DNA of 64,000 bases from Eledone cirrhosa (lineage: Eukaryota), in the NCBI GenBank assembly GCA_964016885.1, contig OZ024744.1:4898001-4962000 (forward strand), read 5' to 3'. Positions 1-12,000 of the stretch are shown here, piece by piece. Position 1 is the first letter of the stretch. Every line of letters begins with the position of its first letter. Position numbers and translations under genes: made by a program. The notes under the pieces are model-generated. The model did not search any database. It had not been told where the DNA came from and worked only from the letters and a program-made list of their open reading frames with translations.

Positions 1-3000
1 TCTATCTTGGTAGTCAGTGGTGTTGGTAGCAGAGGTCTATCTTGGTAGACAGTGGTGTTGGTAGCAGAGGTCTATGTTGGTAGACAGTGGTGTTGGTAAT
101 AGAGGTCTATCTTGGTAGACAGTGGTGTTGGTAGCAGATGTCTATCTTGGTAGACAGTGGTGTTGGTAGCAGAGGTCTATCTTGGTAGACAGTGGTGTTG
201 GTAGGAGAGGTCTAACTTGGTAGACAGTGGTGTTGGTAGCAGAGGTCTATCTTGGTAGAAAGTGGTGTTGGTAGGAGAGGTCTATCTTGGTAGACAGTGG
301 TGTTGGTAGCAGAGGTCTATCTTGGTAGACAGTGGTGTTGGTAGCAGAGGTCTATATTGGTAGACAGTGGTGTTGGTAGCAGATGTCTATCTTGGTAGAC
401 AGTGGTGTTGGTAGCAGAGGTCTATCTTGGTAGACAGTGGTGGTGGTAGCAGAGGTCTATCTTGTTAGACAGTGTTGTTGGTAGCAGAGGTCTATCTTAG
501 TAGACAGTGGTGTTGGTAGCAGAGGTCTATCCTGGTAGACAGTGGTGTTGGTAGCAGAGGTCTATCTTGGTAGACAGTAGTGTTGGTAGCAGAGGTCTAT
601 CTTGGTAGACAGTGGTGTTGGTAGCTGAGGTCTAACTTGGTAGACAGTGGTGTTGGTAGCAGAGGTCTATCTTAGTAGACAGTGGTGTTGGTAGCAGAGG
701 TCTATCTTGGTAGACAGTGGTGTTGGTAGCAGAGGTCTATCTTGGTAGACAGTGGTGTTGGTAGCAGAGGTCTATGTTGGTAGAAAGTGAGGTTGGTAGC
801 AGAGGTCTATGTTGGTAGACAGTGGTGTTGGTAGCAGAGGTCTATCTTGGTAGACAGTGGTGTTGGTAGAAGAGGTCTATGTTGGTAGACAGTGAGGTTG
901 GTAGCAGAGGTCTATCTTGGCAGACAGTGAGGTTGGTAGCAGAGGTCTATCTTGGTAGACAGTGGTGTTGGTAGCAGAGGTCTATCTTGGTAGACAGTGA
1001 GGTTGGTAGCAGATGTCTATCTTTGTAGACAGTGGTGTTGGTAGCAGAGATCTATCTTGGTAGACAGTGAGGTTGGTAGCAGAGGTCTATCTTGGTAGAC
1101 AGTGGTGTTGGTAGCAGAGGTCTATCTTGGTAGACAGTGGTGTTGGTAGCAGAGGTCTATGTTGGTAGACAGTGGTGTTGATAGCAGAGGTTAATCTTGG
1201 TAGACAGTGGTGTTGGTAGCAGAGGTCTATCTTGGTAGACAGTGGTGTTGGTAGCAGAGGTCTATCTTGGTAGACAGTGGTGTTGGTAGCAGAGGTCTAT
1301 GTTGGTAGACAGTGGTGTTTGTAGCAGAGGACTATGTTGGTAGACAGTGGTGTTGGTAGCAGAGGTCTATCTTGGTAGACATTGAGGTTGGTAGCAGAGG
1401 TCTATCTTGGTAGACAGTGGTGTTGGTAGCAGAGATCTATGTTGGTAGACAGTGGTGTTGGTAGCAGAGGTCTATCTTAGTAGACAGTGGTGTTGGTAGC
1501 AGAGGTCTATCTTGGTAGACAGTGAAGTTGGTAGCAGAGGTCTATCTTGGTAGACAGTGAGGTTGGTAGCAGAGGTCTATATTGGTAGACAGTGAGGTTG
1601 GTAGCAGAGGTCTATCTTGGTAGACAGTGAGGTTGGTAGCAGAGCTCTATCTTGGTAGAAAGTGGTGTTGGTAGCAGAGGTCTATGTTGGTAGACAGTGG
1701 TGTTGGTAGCAGAGGTTTATCTTGGTAGACAGTGGTGTTGGTAGCAGAGGTCTATGTTGGTAGACAGTGGTGTTGGTAGCAGAGGTATATCTTGGTAGGC
1801 AGTGGTGTTGGTAGCAGAGCTCTATCTTGGTAGACAGTGGTGTTGGTAGCAGAGGTCTTTCTTGGTAGACAGTGGTGTTGCTAGCAGAGGTCTATGTTGG
1901 TAGAAAGTGAGGTTGGTAGCTGAGGTCTATGTTGGTAGACAGTGGTGCTGGTAGCAGAAGTCTATCTTGGTAGACAGTGAGGTTGGTATCAGAGGTCTAT
2001 CTTGGTAGACAGTGGTGTTGGTAGCAGAGGTCTATCTTGGTAGACAGTGGTGTTGGTAGCAGAGGTCTATCTTGGTAGACAGTGGTGTTGGTAGCAGAGC
2101 TCTATCTTGGTAGACAGTGGTGTTGGTAGCAGAGGTCTATCTTGGTAGACAGTGGTGTTGCTAGCAGAGGTCTATCTTGGTAGACAGTGGTGTTGGTAGC
2201 AAAGGTCTATGTTGGTAGACAGTGAGGTTGGTAGCAGAGGTCTATCTTGGTAGACAGTGAGGGTGCTTGCAGAGGTCTATCTTGGTAGACAGTGGTGTTG
2301 GTAGCAGAGGTCTATCTTGGTAGACAGTGAGGTTGGTATCAGAGGTCTATCTTGGTAGACAGTGAGGTTGGTAGCAGAGGTCTATGTTGGTAGACATTGG
2401 TGTTGGTAGCATAGGTCTATCTTGGTAGACAGTGGTGTTGGTAGCAGAGGTCTATGTTGGTAGACAGTGGTGTTGGTAGTAGAGGTCTATCTTCGTAGAC
2501 AGTGGTGTTGGTAGCAGATGTCTATCTTGGTAGACAGTGGTGTTGGTAGCAGAGGTCTATCTTGGTAGACAGTGGTGTTGGTAGCAGATATCTATCTTGG
2601 TAGACAGTGGTGTTGGTAGCAGAGGTCTATGTTGGTAGACAGTGGTGTTGGTAGCAGAGGTCTATCTTGGTAGTCAGTGGTGTTGGTAGCAGAGGTCTAT
2701 CTTGGTAGACAGTGGTGTTGGTAGCAGAGGTCTATCTTGGTAGACAGTGGTGTTGGTAGCAGAGGTCTATGTTGGTAGAAAGTGAGGTTGGTAGCAGAGG
2801 TCTATGTTGGTAGACAGTGGTGTTGGTAGCAGAGGTCTATCTTGGTAGACAGTGGTGTTGGTAGAAGAGGTCTATGTTGGTAGACAGTGAGGTTGGTAGC
2901 AGAGGTCTATCTTGGCAGACAGTGAGGTTGGTAGCAGAGGTCTATGTTGGTAGACAGTGGTGTTGGTAGCAGAGGTCTATGTTGGTAGACAGTGGTGTTG

Positions 3001-6000
3001 GTAGCAGAGGTCTATCTTGGTAGACAGTGGTGTTGGTAGCAGAGGTCTATCTTGGTAGACAGTGGTTTTGGTAGCAGAGGTCTATATTGGTAGACAGTGG
3101 TGTTGGTAGTAGAGGTCTATCTTGGTAGACAGTGGTGTTGGTAGCAGATGTCTATCTTGGTAGACAGTGGTGTTGGTAGCAGAGGTCTATCTTGGTAGAC
3201 AGTGGTGTTGGTAGCAGAGGTCTATATTGGTAGACAGTGGTGTTGGTAGCAGAGGTCTATCTTGGTAGACAGTGTTGTTGGTAGCAGAGGTCTATCTTGG
3301 TAGACAGTGGTGTTGGTAGCAGACATCTATCTTGGTAGACAGTGGTGTTGGTAGCAGATGTCTATCTTGGTAGACAGTGGTGTTGGTAGCAGAGGTCTAT
3401 CTTGGTAGGCAGTGGTGTTGGTAGCAGAGGTCTATCTTGGTAGACAGTGGTGTTGGTAGCAGAGGTCTATGTTGGTAGACAGTGGTGTTGGTAACAGAGG
3501 TCTATCTTGGTAGACAGTGGTGTTGGAAGCAGAGGTCTATCTTGGTAGACAGTGGTGTTGGTAGCAGAGGTCTATCTTGGTAGACAGTGGTGTTAGTAGC
3601 AGAGGTCTATATTGGTAGACAGTGGTGTTGGTAGCAGATGTCTATCTTGGTAGACAGTGGTGTTGGTAGCAGAGGTCTATCCTGGTAGACAGTGGTGTTG
3701 GTAGCAGAGGTCTATCTTGGTAGACAGTAGTGTTGGTAGCAGAGGTCTATCTTGGTAGACAGTGGTGTTGGTAGCTGAGGTCTAACTTGGTAGACAGTGG
3801 TGTTGGTAGCAGAGGTCTATCTTAGTAGACAGTGGTTTGGTAGCAGAGGTCTACCTTGGTAGACAGTGGTGTCGGTAGCAGAGCTCAATCCTGGTAGACA
3901 GTGGTGTTGGTAGCAGAGGTCTATCTTGGTAGACAGTGAGGTTGGTAGCAGAGGTCTATGTTGGTAGACAGTGGTGTCGGTAGCAGAGCTCTATCTTGGT
4001 AGACAGTGGTGTTGGTAGCAGAAGTCTATCTTGGTAGACAGTGAGGTTGGGAGCAGAGGTCTATGTTGGTAGACAGTGGTGTTGGTAGCAGAGGTCTATC
4101 TTGGTAGACAGTGGTGTTGGTAGCAGAGGTTTATCTTGGTAGACAGTGGTGTTGGTAGCAGAGGTCTATGTTGGTAGACAGTGGTGTTGGTAGCAGAGGT
4201 ATATCTTGGTAGGCAGTGGTGTTGGTAGCAGAGCTCTATCTTGGTAGACAGTGGTGTTGGTAGCAGAGGTCTATCTTGGTAGACAGTGGTGTTGGTAGCA
4301 GAGGTCTTTCTTGGTAGACAGTGGTGTTGGTAGCAGAGGTCTATGTTGGTAGAAAGTGAGGTTGGTAGCAGAGGTCTATCTTGGTAGACAGTGAGGGTGG
4401 TAGCAGAGGTCTATCTTGGTAGACAGAGGTGTTGGTAGCAGAGGTCTATCTTGGTAGACAGTGAGGTTGGTATCAGAGGTCTATCTTGGTAGACAGTGAG
4501 GTTGGTAGCAGAGGTCTATCTTCGTAGACAGTGAGGTTGGTAGCAGAGGTCTATCTTGGTAGACAGTGGTGTTGGTAGCAGAGGTCTATGTTGGTAGACA
4601 GTGAGGTTGGTAGCAGAGGTCTATCTTGGTAGACAGTGAAGTTGGTAGCAGAGGTCTATCTTGGTAGACAGTGAGGGTGGTAGCAGAGGTCTATGTTGGT
4701 AGACAGTGGTGTTGGTAGCATAGGTCTATCTTGGTAGACAGTGGTGTTGGTAGCAGAGGTCTATGTTGGTAGACAGTGGTGTTGGTAGTAGAGGTCTATC
4801 TTGGTAGACAGTGGTGTTGGTAGCAGATGTCTATCTTGGTAGACAGTGGTGTTGGTAGCAGAGGTCTATCTTGGTAGACAGTGGTGTTGGTAGCAAATAT
4901 CTATCTTGGTAGACAGTGTTGTTGGTAGCAGAGGTCTATGTTGGTAGACAGTGGTGTTGGTAGTAGAGGTCTATCTTGGTAGACAGTGGTGTTGGTAGGA
5001 GATGTCTATCTTGGTAGACAGTGGTGTTGGTAGCAGAGGTCTATCTTGGTAGACAGTGGTGTTGGTAGCAGAGGTTAATCTTGGTAGACAGTGGTGTTGG
5101 TAGCAGAGGTCTATCTTGGTAGACAGTGGTGTTGGTAGCAGAGGTCTATCTTGGTAGACAGTGGTGTTGGTAGCAGAGGTCTATCTTGGTAGACAGTGGT
5201 GTTGGTAGCAGAGGTCTATGTTGGTAGAAAGTGAGGTTGGTAGCAGAGGTCTATGTTGGTAGACAGTGGTGTTGGTAGCAGAGGTCTATCTTGGTAGACA
5301 GTGGTGTTGGTAGAAGAGGTCTATGTTGGGAGACAGTGAGGTTGGTAGCAGAGGTCTATCTTGGCAGACAGTGAGGTTGGTAGCAGAGGTCTATCTTGGT
5401 AGACAGTGGTGTTGGTAGCAGAGGTCTATCTTGGTAGACAGTGAAGTTGGTAGCAGATGTCTATCTTGGTAGACAGTGGTGTTGGTAGCAGAGATCTATC
5501 TTGGTAGACAGTGAGGTTGGTAGCAGAGGTCTATCTTGGTAGACAGTGGTGTTGGTAGCAGAGGTCTATCTTGGTAGACAGTGGTGTTGGTAGCAGAGGT
5601 CTATGTTGGTAGACAGTGGTGTTGATAGCAGAGGTTAATCTTGGTAGACAGTGGTGTTGGTAGCAGAGGTCTATCTTGGTAGACAGTGGTGTTGGTAGCA
5701 GAGGTCTATCTTGGTAGACAGTGGTGTTGGTAGCAGAGGTCTATGTTGGTAGACAGTGGTGTTTGTAGCAGAGGACTATGTTGGTAGACAGTGGTGTTGG
5801 TAGCAGAGGTCTATCTTGGTAGACATTGAGGTTGGTAGCAGAGGTCTATCTTGGTAGACAGTGGTGTTGGTAGCAGAGATCTATGTTGGTAGACAGTGGT
5901 GTTGGTAGCAGAGGTCTATCTTAGTAGACAGTGGTGTTGGTAGCAGAGGTCTATCTTGGTAGACAGTGAAGTTGGTAGCAGAGGTCTATCTTGGTAGACA

Positions 6001-9000
6001 GTGAGGTTGGTAGCAGAGGTCTATCTTGGTAGACAGTGGTGTTGGTAGCAGAGGTATATCTTGGTAGACAGTGAGGTTGGTAACAGATATCTATCTTGGT
6101 AGACATTGGTGTTCGTAGCAGAGGTCTATGTTGGTAGACAGTGGTGTTGGTAGCAAAGGTCTATCTTGGTAGTCAGTGGTGTTGGTAGCAGAGGTCTATC
6201 TTGGTAGACAGTGGTGTTGGTAGCAGAGGTCTATCTTGGTAGACAGTGGTGTTGGTACCAGAGGTCTATGTTGGTAGACAGTGAGGTTGCTAGCAGAGGT
6301 CTATCTTGGTAGACAGTGGTGTTGGTAGCAGAGGTCTATCTTGGTAGACAGTGGTGTTGGTAGAAGAGGTCTATGTTGGTAGACAGTGAGGTTGGTAGCA
6401 GAGGTCTATCTTGGCAGACAGTGAGGTTGGTAGCAGAGGTCTATCTTGGTAGACAGTGGTGTTGGTAGCAGAGGTCTATCTTGGTAGACAGTGAGGTTGG
6501 TAGCAGATGTCTATCTTGGTAGACAGTGGTGTTGGTAGCAGAGATCTATCTTGGTAGACAGTGAGGTTGGTAGCAGAGGTCTATCTTGGTAGACAGTGGT
6601 GTTGGTAGCAGAGGTCTATCTTGGTAGACAGTGGTGTTGGTAGCAGAGGTCTATGTTGGTAGACAGTGGTGTTGATAGCAGAGGTTAATCTTGGTAGACA
6701 GTGGTGTTGGTAGCAGAGGTCTATCTTGGTAGACAGTGGTGTTGGTAGCAGAGGTCTATCTTGGTAGACAGTGGTGTTGGTAGCAGAGGTCTATGTTGGT
6801 AGACAGTGGTGTTTGTAGCAGAGGACTATGTTGGTAGACAGTGGTGTTGGTAGCAGAGGTCTATCTTGGTAGACATTGAGGTTGGTAGCAGAGGTCTATC
6901 TTGGTAGACAGTGGTGTTGGTAGCAGAGATCTATGTTGGTAGACAGTGGTGTTGGTAGCAGAGGTCTATCTTAGTAGACAGTGGTGTTGGTAGCAGAGGT
7001 CTATCTTGGTAGACAGTGAAGTTGGTAGCAGAGGTCTATCTTGGTAGACAGTGAGGTTGGTAGCAGAGGTCTATCTTGGTAGACAGTGGTGTTGGTAGCA
7101 GAGGTCTATCTTGGTAGACAGTGAGGTTGGTAACAGAGGTCTATCTTGGTAGACAGTGGTGTTGTAGCAGAGGTCTATCTCGGTAGACAGTGAGGTTGGT
7201 AGCAGAGGTCTATGCTGGTAGACAGTGGTGTTGGTAGCAGAGGTCTATCTTGGTAGACAGTGGTGTTGGTAGCAGAGGTCTATCTTGGTAGACAGTGGTG
7301 TTGGTAGCAGAGGCCTATGTTGGTAGACAGTGAGGTTGCTAGCAGAGGCCTATCTTGGTAGACAGTGGTGTTGGTAGCAGAGGTCTATCTTGGTAGACAG
7401 TGAGGTTGGTAACAGATATCTATCTTGGTAGACAGTGGTGTTCGTAGCAGAGGTCTATGTTGGTAGACAGTGGTGTTGGTAGCAAAGGTCTATCTTGGTA
7501 GTCAGTGGTGTTGGTAGCAGAGGTCTATCTTGGTAGACAGTGGTGTTGGTAGCAGAGGTCTATCTTGGTAGACAGTGGTGTTGGTAGCAGAGGTCTATGT
7601 TGGTAGACAGTGAGGTTGCTAGCAGAGGTCTATCTTGGTAGACAGTGGTGTTGGTAGCAGAGGTCTATCTTGGTAGACAGTGGTGTTGGTAGAAGCGGTC
7701 TATGTTGGTAGACAGTGAGGTTGGTAGCAGAGGTCTATCTTGGCAGACAGTGAGGTTGGTAGCAGAGGTCTATCTTGGTAGACAGTGGTGTTGGTAGCAG
7801 AGGTCTATCTTGGTAGACAGTGAGGTTGGTAGCAGATGTCTATCTTGGTAGACAGTGGTGTTGGTAGCAGAGATCTATCTTGGTAGACAGTGAGGTTGGT
7901 AGCAGAGGTCTATCTTGGTAGACAGTGGTGTTGGTAGCAGAGGTCTATCTTGGTAGACAGTGGTGTTGGTAGCAGAGGTCTATGTTGGTAGACAGTGGTG
8001 TTGATAGCAGAGGTTAATCTTGGTAGACAGTGGTGTTGGTAGCAGAGGTCTATCTTGGTAGACAGTGGTGTTGGTAGCAGAGGTCTATCTTGGTAGACAG
8101 TGGTGTTGGTAGCAGAGGTCTATGTTGGTAGACAGTGGTGTTTGTAGCAGAGGACTATGTTGGTAGACAGTGGTGTTGGTAGCAGAGGTCTATCTTGGTA
8201 GACATTGAGGTTGGTAGCAGAGGTCTATCTTGGTAGACAGTGGTGTTGGTAGCAGAGATCTATGTTGGTAGACAGTGGTGTTGGTAGCAGAGGTCTACCT
8301 TAGTAGACAGTGGTGTTGGTAGCAGAGGTCTATCTTGGTAGACAGTGAAGTTGGTAGCAGAGGTCTATCTTGGTAGACAGTGAGGTTGGTAGCAGAGGTC
8401 TATCTTGGTAGACAGTGGTGTTGGTAGCAGAGGTCTATCTTGGTAGACAGTGAGGTTGGTAACAGAGGTCTATCTTGGTAGACAGTGGTGTTGTAGCAGA
8501 GGTCTATCTCGGTAGACAGTGAGGTTGGTAGCAGAGGTCTATGCTGGTAGACAGTGGTGTTGGTAGCAGAGGTCTATCTTGGTAGACAGTGGTGTTGGTA
8601 GCAGAGGTCTATGTTGGTAGACAGTGGTGTTGGTAGCATAGGTCTATCTTGGTAGACAGTGGTGTTGGTAGCAGAGGTCTATGTTGGTAGACAGTGGTGT
8701 TGGTAGTAGAGGTCTATCTTGGTAGACAGTGGTGTTGGTAGCAGATGTCTATCTTGGTAGACAGTGGTGTTGGTAGCAGAGGTCTATCTTGGTAGACAGT
8801 GGTGTTGGTAGCAGATATCTATCTTGGTAGACAGTGGTGTTGGTAGCAGAGGTCTATGTTGGTAGACAGTGGTGTTGGTAGCAGAGGTCTATCTTGGTAG
8901 TCAGTGGTGTTGGTAGCAGAGGTCTATCTTGGTAGACAGTGGTGTTGGTAGCAGAGGTCTATGTTGGGAGACAGTGAGGTTGGTAGCAGAGGTCTATCTT

Positions 9001-12000
9001 GGTAGACAGTGGTGTTGGTAGCAGAGGTCTATGTTGGTAGACAGTGGTGTTGGTAGCAGAGGTCTATCTTGGTAGACATTGAGGTTGGTAGCAGAGGTCT
9101 ATCTTGGTAGACAGTGGTGTTGGTAGCAGAGATCTATGTTGGTAGACAGTGGTGTTGGTAGCAGAGGTCTATCTTAGTAGACAGTGGTGTTGGTAGCAGA
9201 GGTCTATCTTGGTAGACAGTGAAGTTGGTAGCAGAGGACTATCTTGGTAGACAGTGAGGTTGGTATCAGAGGTCTATCTTGGTAGACAGTGGTGTTGGTA
9301 GCAGAGGTATATCTTGGTAGACAGTGAGGTTGGTAACAGATATCTATCTTGGTAGACATTGTTGTTCGTAGCAGAGGTCTATGTTGGTAGACAGTGGTGT
9401 TGGTAGCAAAGGTCTATCTTGGTAGTCAGTGGTGTTGGTAGCAGAGGTCTATCTTGGTAGACAGTGGTGTTGGTAGCAGAGGTCTATGTTGGTAGACAGT
9501 GGTGTTGGTAATAGAGGTCTATCTTGGTAGACAGTGGTGTTGGTAGCAGATGTCTATCTTGGTAGACAGTGGTGTTGGTAGCAGAGGTCTATCTTGGTAG
9601 ACAGTGGTGTTGGTAGGAGAGGTCTATCTTGGTAGACAGTGGTGTTGGTAGCAGAGGTCTATCTTGGTAGAAAGTGGTGTTGGTAGGAGAGGTCTATCTT
9701 GGTAGACAGTGGTGTTGGTAGCAGAGGTCTATCTTGGTAGACAGTGGTGTTGGTAGCAGAGGTCTATATTGGTAGACAGTGGTGTTGGTAGCAGATGTCT
9801 ATCTTGGTAGACAGTGGTGTTGGTAGCAGAGGTCTATCTTGGTAGACAGTGGTGGTGGTAGCAGAGGTCTATCTTGTTAGACAGTGTTGTTGGTAGCAGA
9901 GGTCTATCTTAGTAGACAGTGGTGTTGGTAGCAGAGGTCTATCCTGGTAGACAGTGGTGTTGGTAGCAGAGGTCTATCTTGGTAGACAGTAGTGTTGGTA
10001 GCAGAGGTCTATCTTGGTAGACAGTGGTGTTGGTAGCTGAGGTCTAACTTGGTAGACAGTGGTGTTGGTAGCAGAGGTCTATCTTAGTAGACAGTGGTGT
10101 TGGTAGCAGAGGTCTATCTTGGTAGACAGTGGTGTTGGTAGCAGAGGTCTATCTTGGTAGACAGTGGTGTTGGTAGCAGAGGTCTATGTTGGTAGAAAGT
10201 GAGGTTGGTAGCAGAGGTCTATGTTGGTAGACAGTGGTGTTGGTAGCAGAGGTCTATCTTGGTAGACAGTGGTGTTGGTAGAAGAGGTCTATGTTGGTAG
10301 ACAGTGAGGTTGGTAGCAGAGGTCTATCTTGGCAGACAGTGAGGTTGGTAGCAGAGGTCTATCTTGGTAGACAGTGGTGTTGGTAGCAGAGGTCTATCTT
10401 GGTAGACAGTGAGGTTGGTAGCAGATGTCTATCTTGGTAGACAGTGGTGTTGGTAGCAGAGATCTATCTTGGTAGACAGTGAGGTTGGTAGCAGAGGTCT
10501 ATCTTGGTAGACAGTGGTGTTGGTAGCAGAGGTCTATCTTGGTAGACAGTGGTGTTGGTAGCAGAGGTCTATGTTGGTAGACAGTGGTGTTGATAGCAGA
10601 GGTTAATCTTGGTAGACAGTGGTGTTGGTAGCAGAGGTCTATCTTGGTAGACAGTGGTGTTGGTAGCAGAGGTCTATCTTGGTAGACAGTGGTGTTGGTA
10701 GCAGAGGTCTATGTTGGTAGACAGTGGTGTTTGTAGCAGAGGACTATGTTGGTAGACAGTGGTGTTGGTAGCAGAGGTCTATCTTGGTAGACATTGAGGT
10801 TGGTAGCAGAGGTCTATCTTGGTAGACAGTGGTGTTGGTAGCAGAGATCTATGTTGGTAGACAGTGGTGTTGGTAGCAGAGGTCTATCTTAGTAGACAGT
10901 GGTGTTGGTAGCAGAGGTCTATCTTGGTAGACAGTGAAGTTGGTAGCAGAGGTCTATCTTGGTAGACAGTGAGGTTGGTAGCAGAGGTCTATATTGGTAG
11001 ACAGTGAGGTTGGTAGCAGAGGTCTATCTTGGTAGACAGTGAGGTTGGTAGCAGAGCTCTATCTTGGTAGAAAGTGGTGTTGGTAGCAGAGGTCTATGTT
11101 GGTAGACAGTGGTGTTGGTAGCAGAGGTTTATCTTGGTAGACAGTGGTGTTGGTAGCAGAGGTCTATGTTGGTAGACAGTGGTGTTGGTAGCAGAGGTAT
11201 ATCTTGGTAGGCAGTGGTGTTGGTAGCAGAGCTCTATCTTGGTAGACAGTGGTGTTGGTAGCAGAGGTCTTTCTTGGTAGACAGTGGTGTTGCTAGCAGA
11301 GGTCTATGTTGGTAGAAAGTGAGGTTGGTAGCTGAGGTCTATGTTGGTAGACAGTGGTGCTGGTAGCAGAAGTCTATCTTGGTAGACAGTGAGGTTGGTA
11401 TCAGAGGTCTATCTTGGTAGACAGTGGTGTTGGTAGCAGAGGTCTATCTTGGTAGACAGTGGTGTTGGTAGCAGAGGTCTATCTTGGTAGACAGTGGTGT
11501 TGGTAGCAGAGGTCTATCTTGGTAGACAGTGGTGTTGGTAGCAGAGGTCTATCTTGGTAGACAGTGGTGTTGCTAGCAGAGGTCTATCTTGGTAGACAGT
11601 GGTGTTGGTAGCAAAGGTCTATGTTGGTAGACAGTGAGGTTGGTAGCAGAGGTCTATCTTGGTAGACAGTGAGGGTGCTTGCAGAGGTCTATCTTGGTAG
11701 ACAGTGGTGTTGGTAGCAGAGGTCTATCTTGGTAGACAGTGAGGTTGGTATCAGAGGTCTATCTTGGTAGACAGTGAGGTTGGTAGCAGAGGTCTATGTT
11801 GGTAGACATTGGTGTTGGTAGCATAGGTCTATCTTGGTAGACAGTGGTGTTGGTAGCAGAGGTTTATGTTGGTAGACAGTGGTGTTGGTAGTAGAGGTCT
11901 ATCTTCGTAGACAGTGGTGTTGGTAGCAGATGTCTATCTTGGTAGACAGTGGTGTTGGTAGCAGAGGTCTATCTTGGTAGACAGTGGTGTTGGTAGCAGA

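Noticed and set aside
136-165. Resemblance of GATGTCTA..CTTGGT and GTGGTGT to long budding-yeast (Candida/Kluyveromyces-type) telomeric repeats
   Set aside because: The match is short, partial and recalled from memory. A 64-kb array with inherited variant series and multi-kb duplications points to recombinational amplification, not telomerase synthesis.
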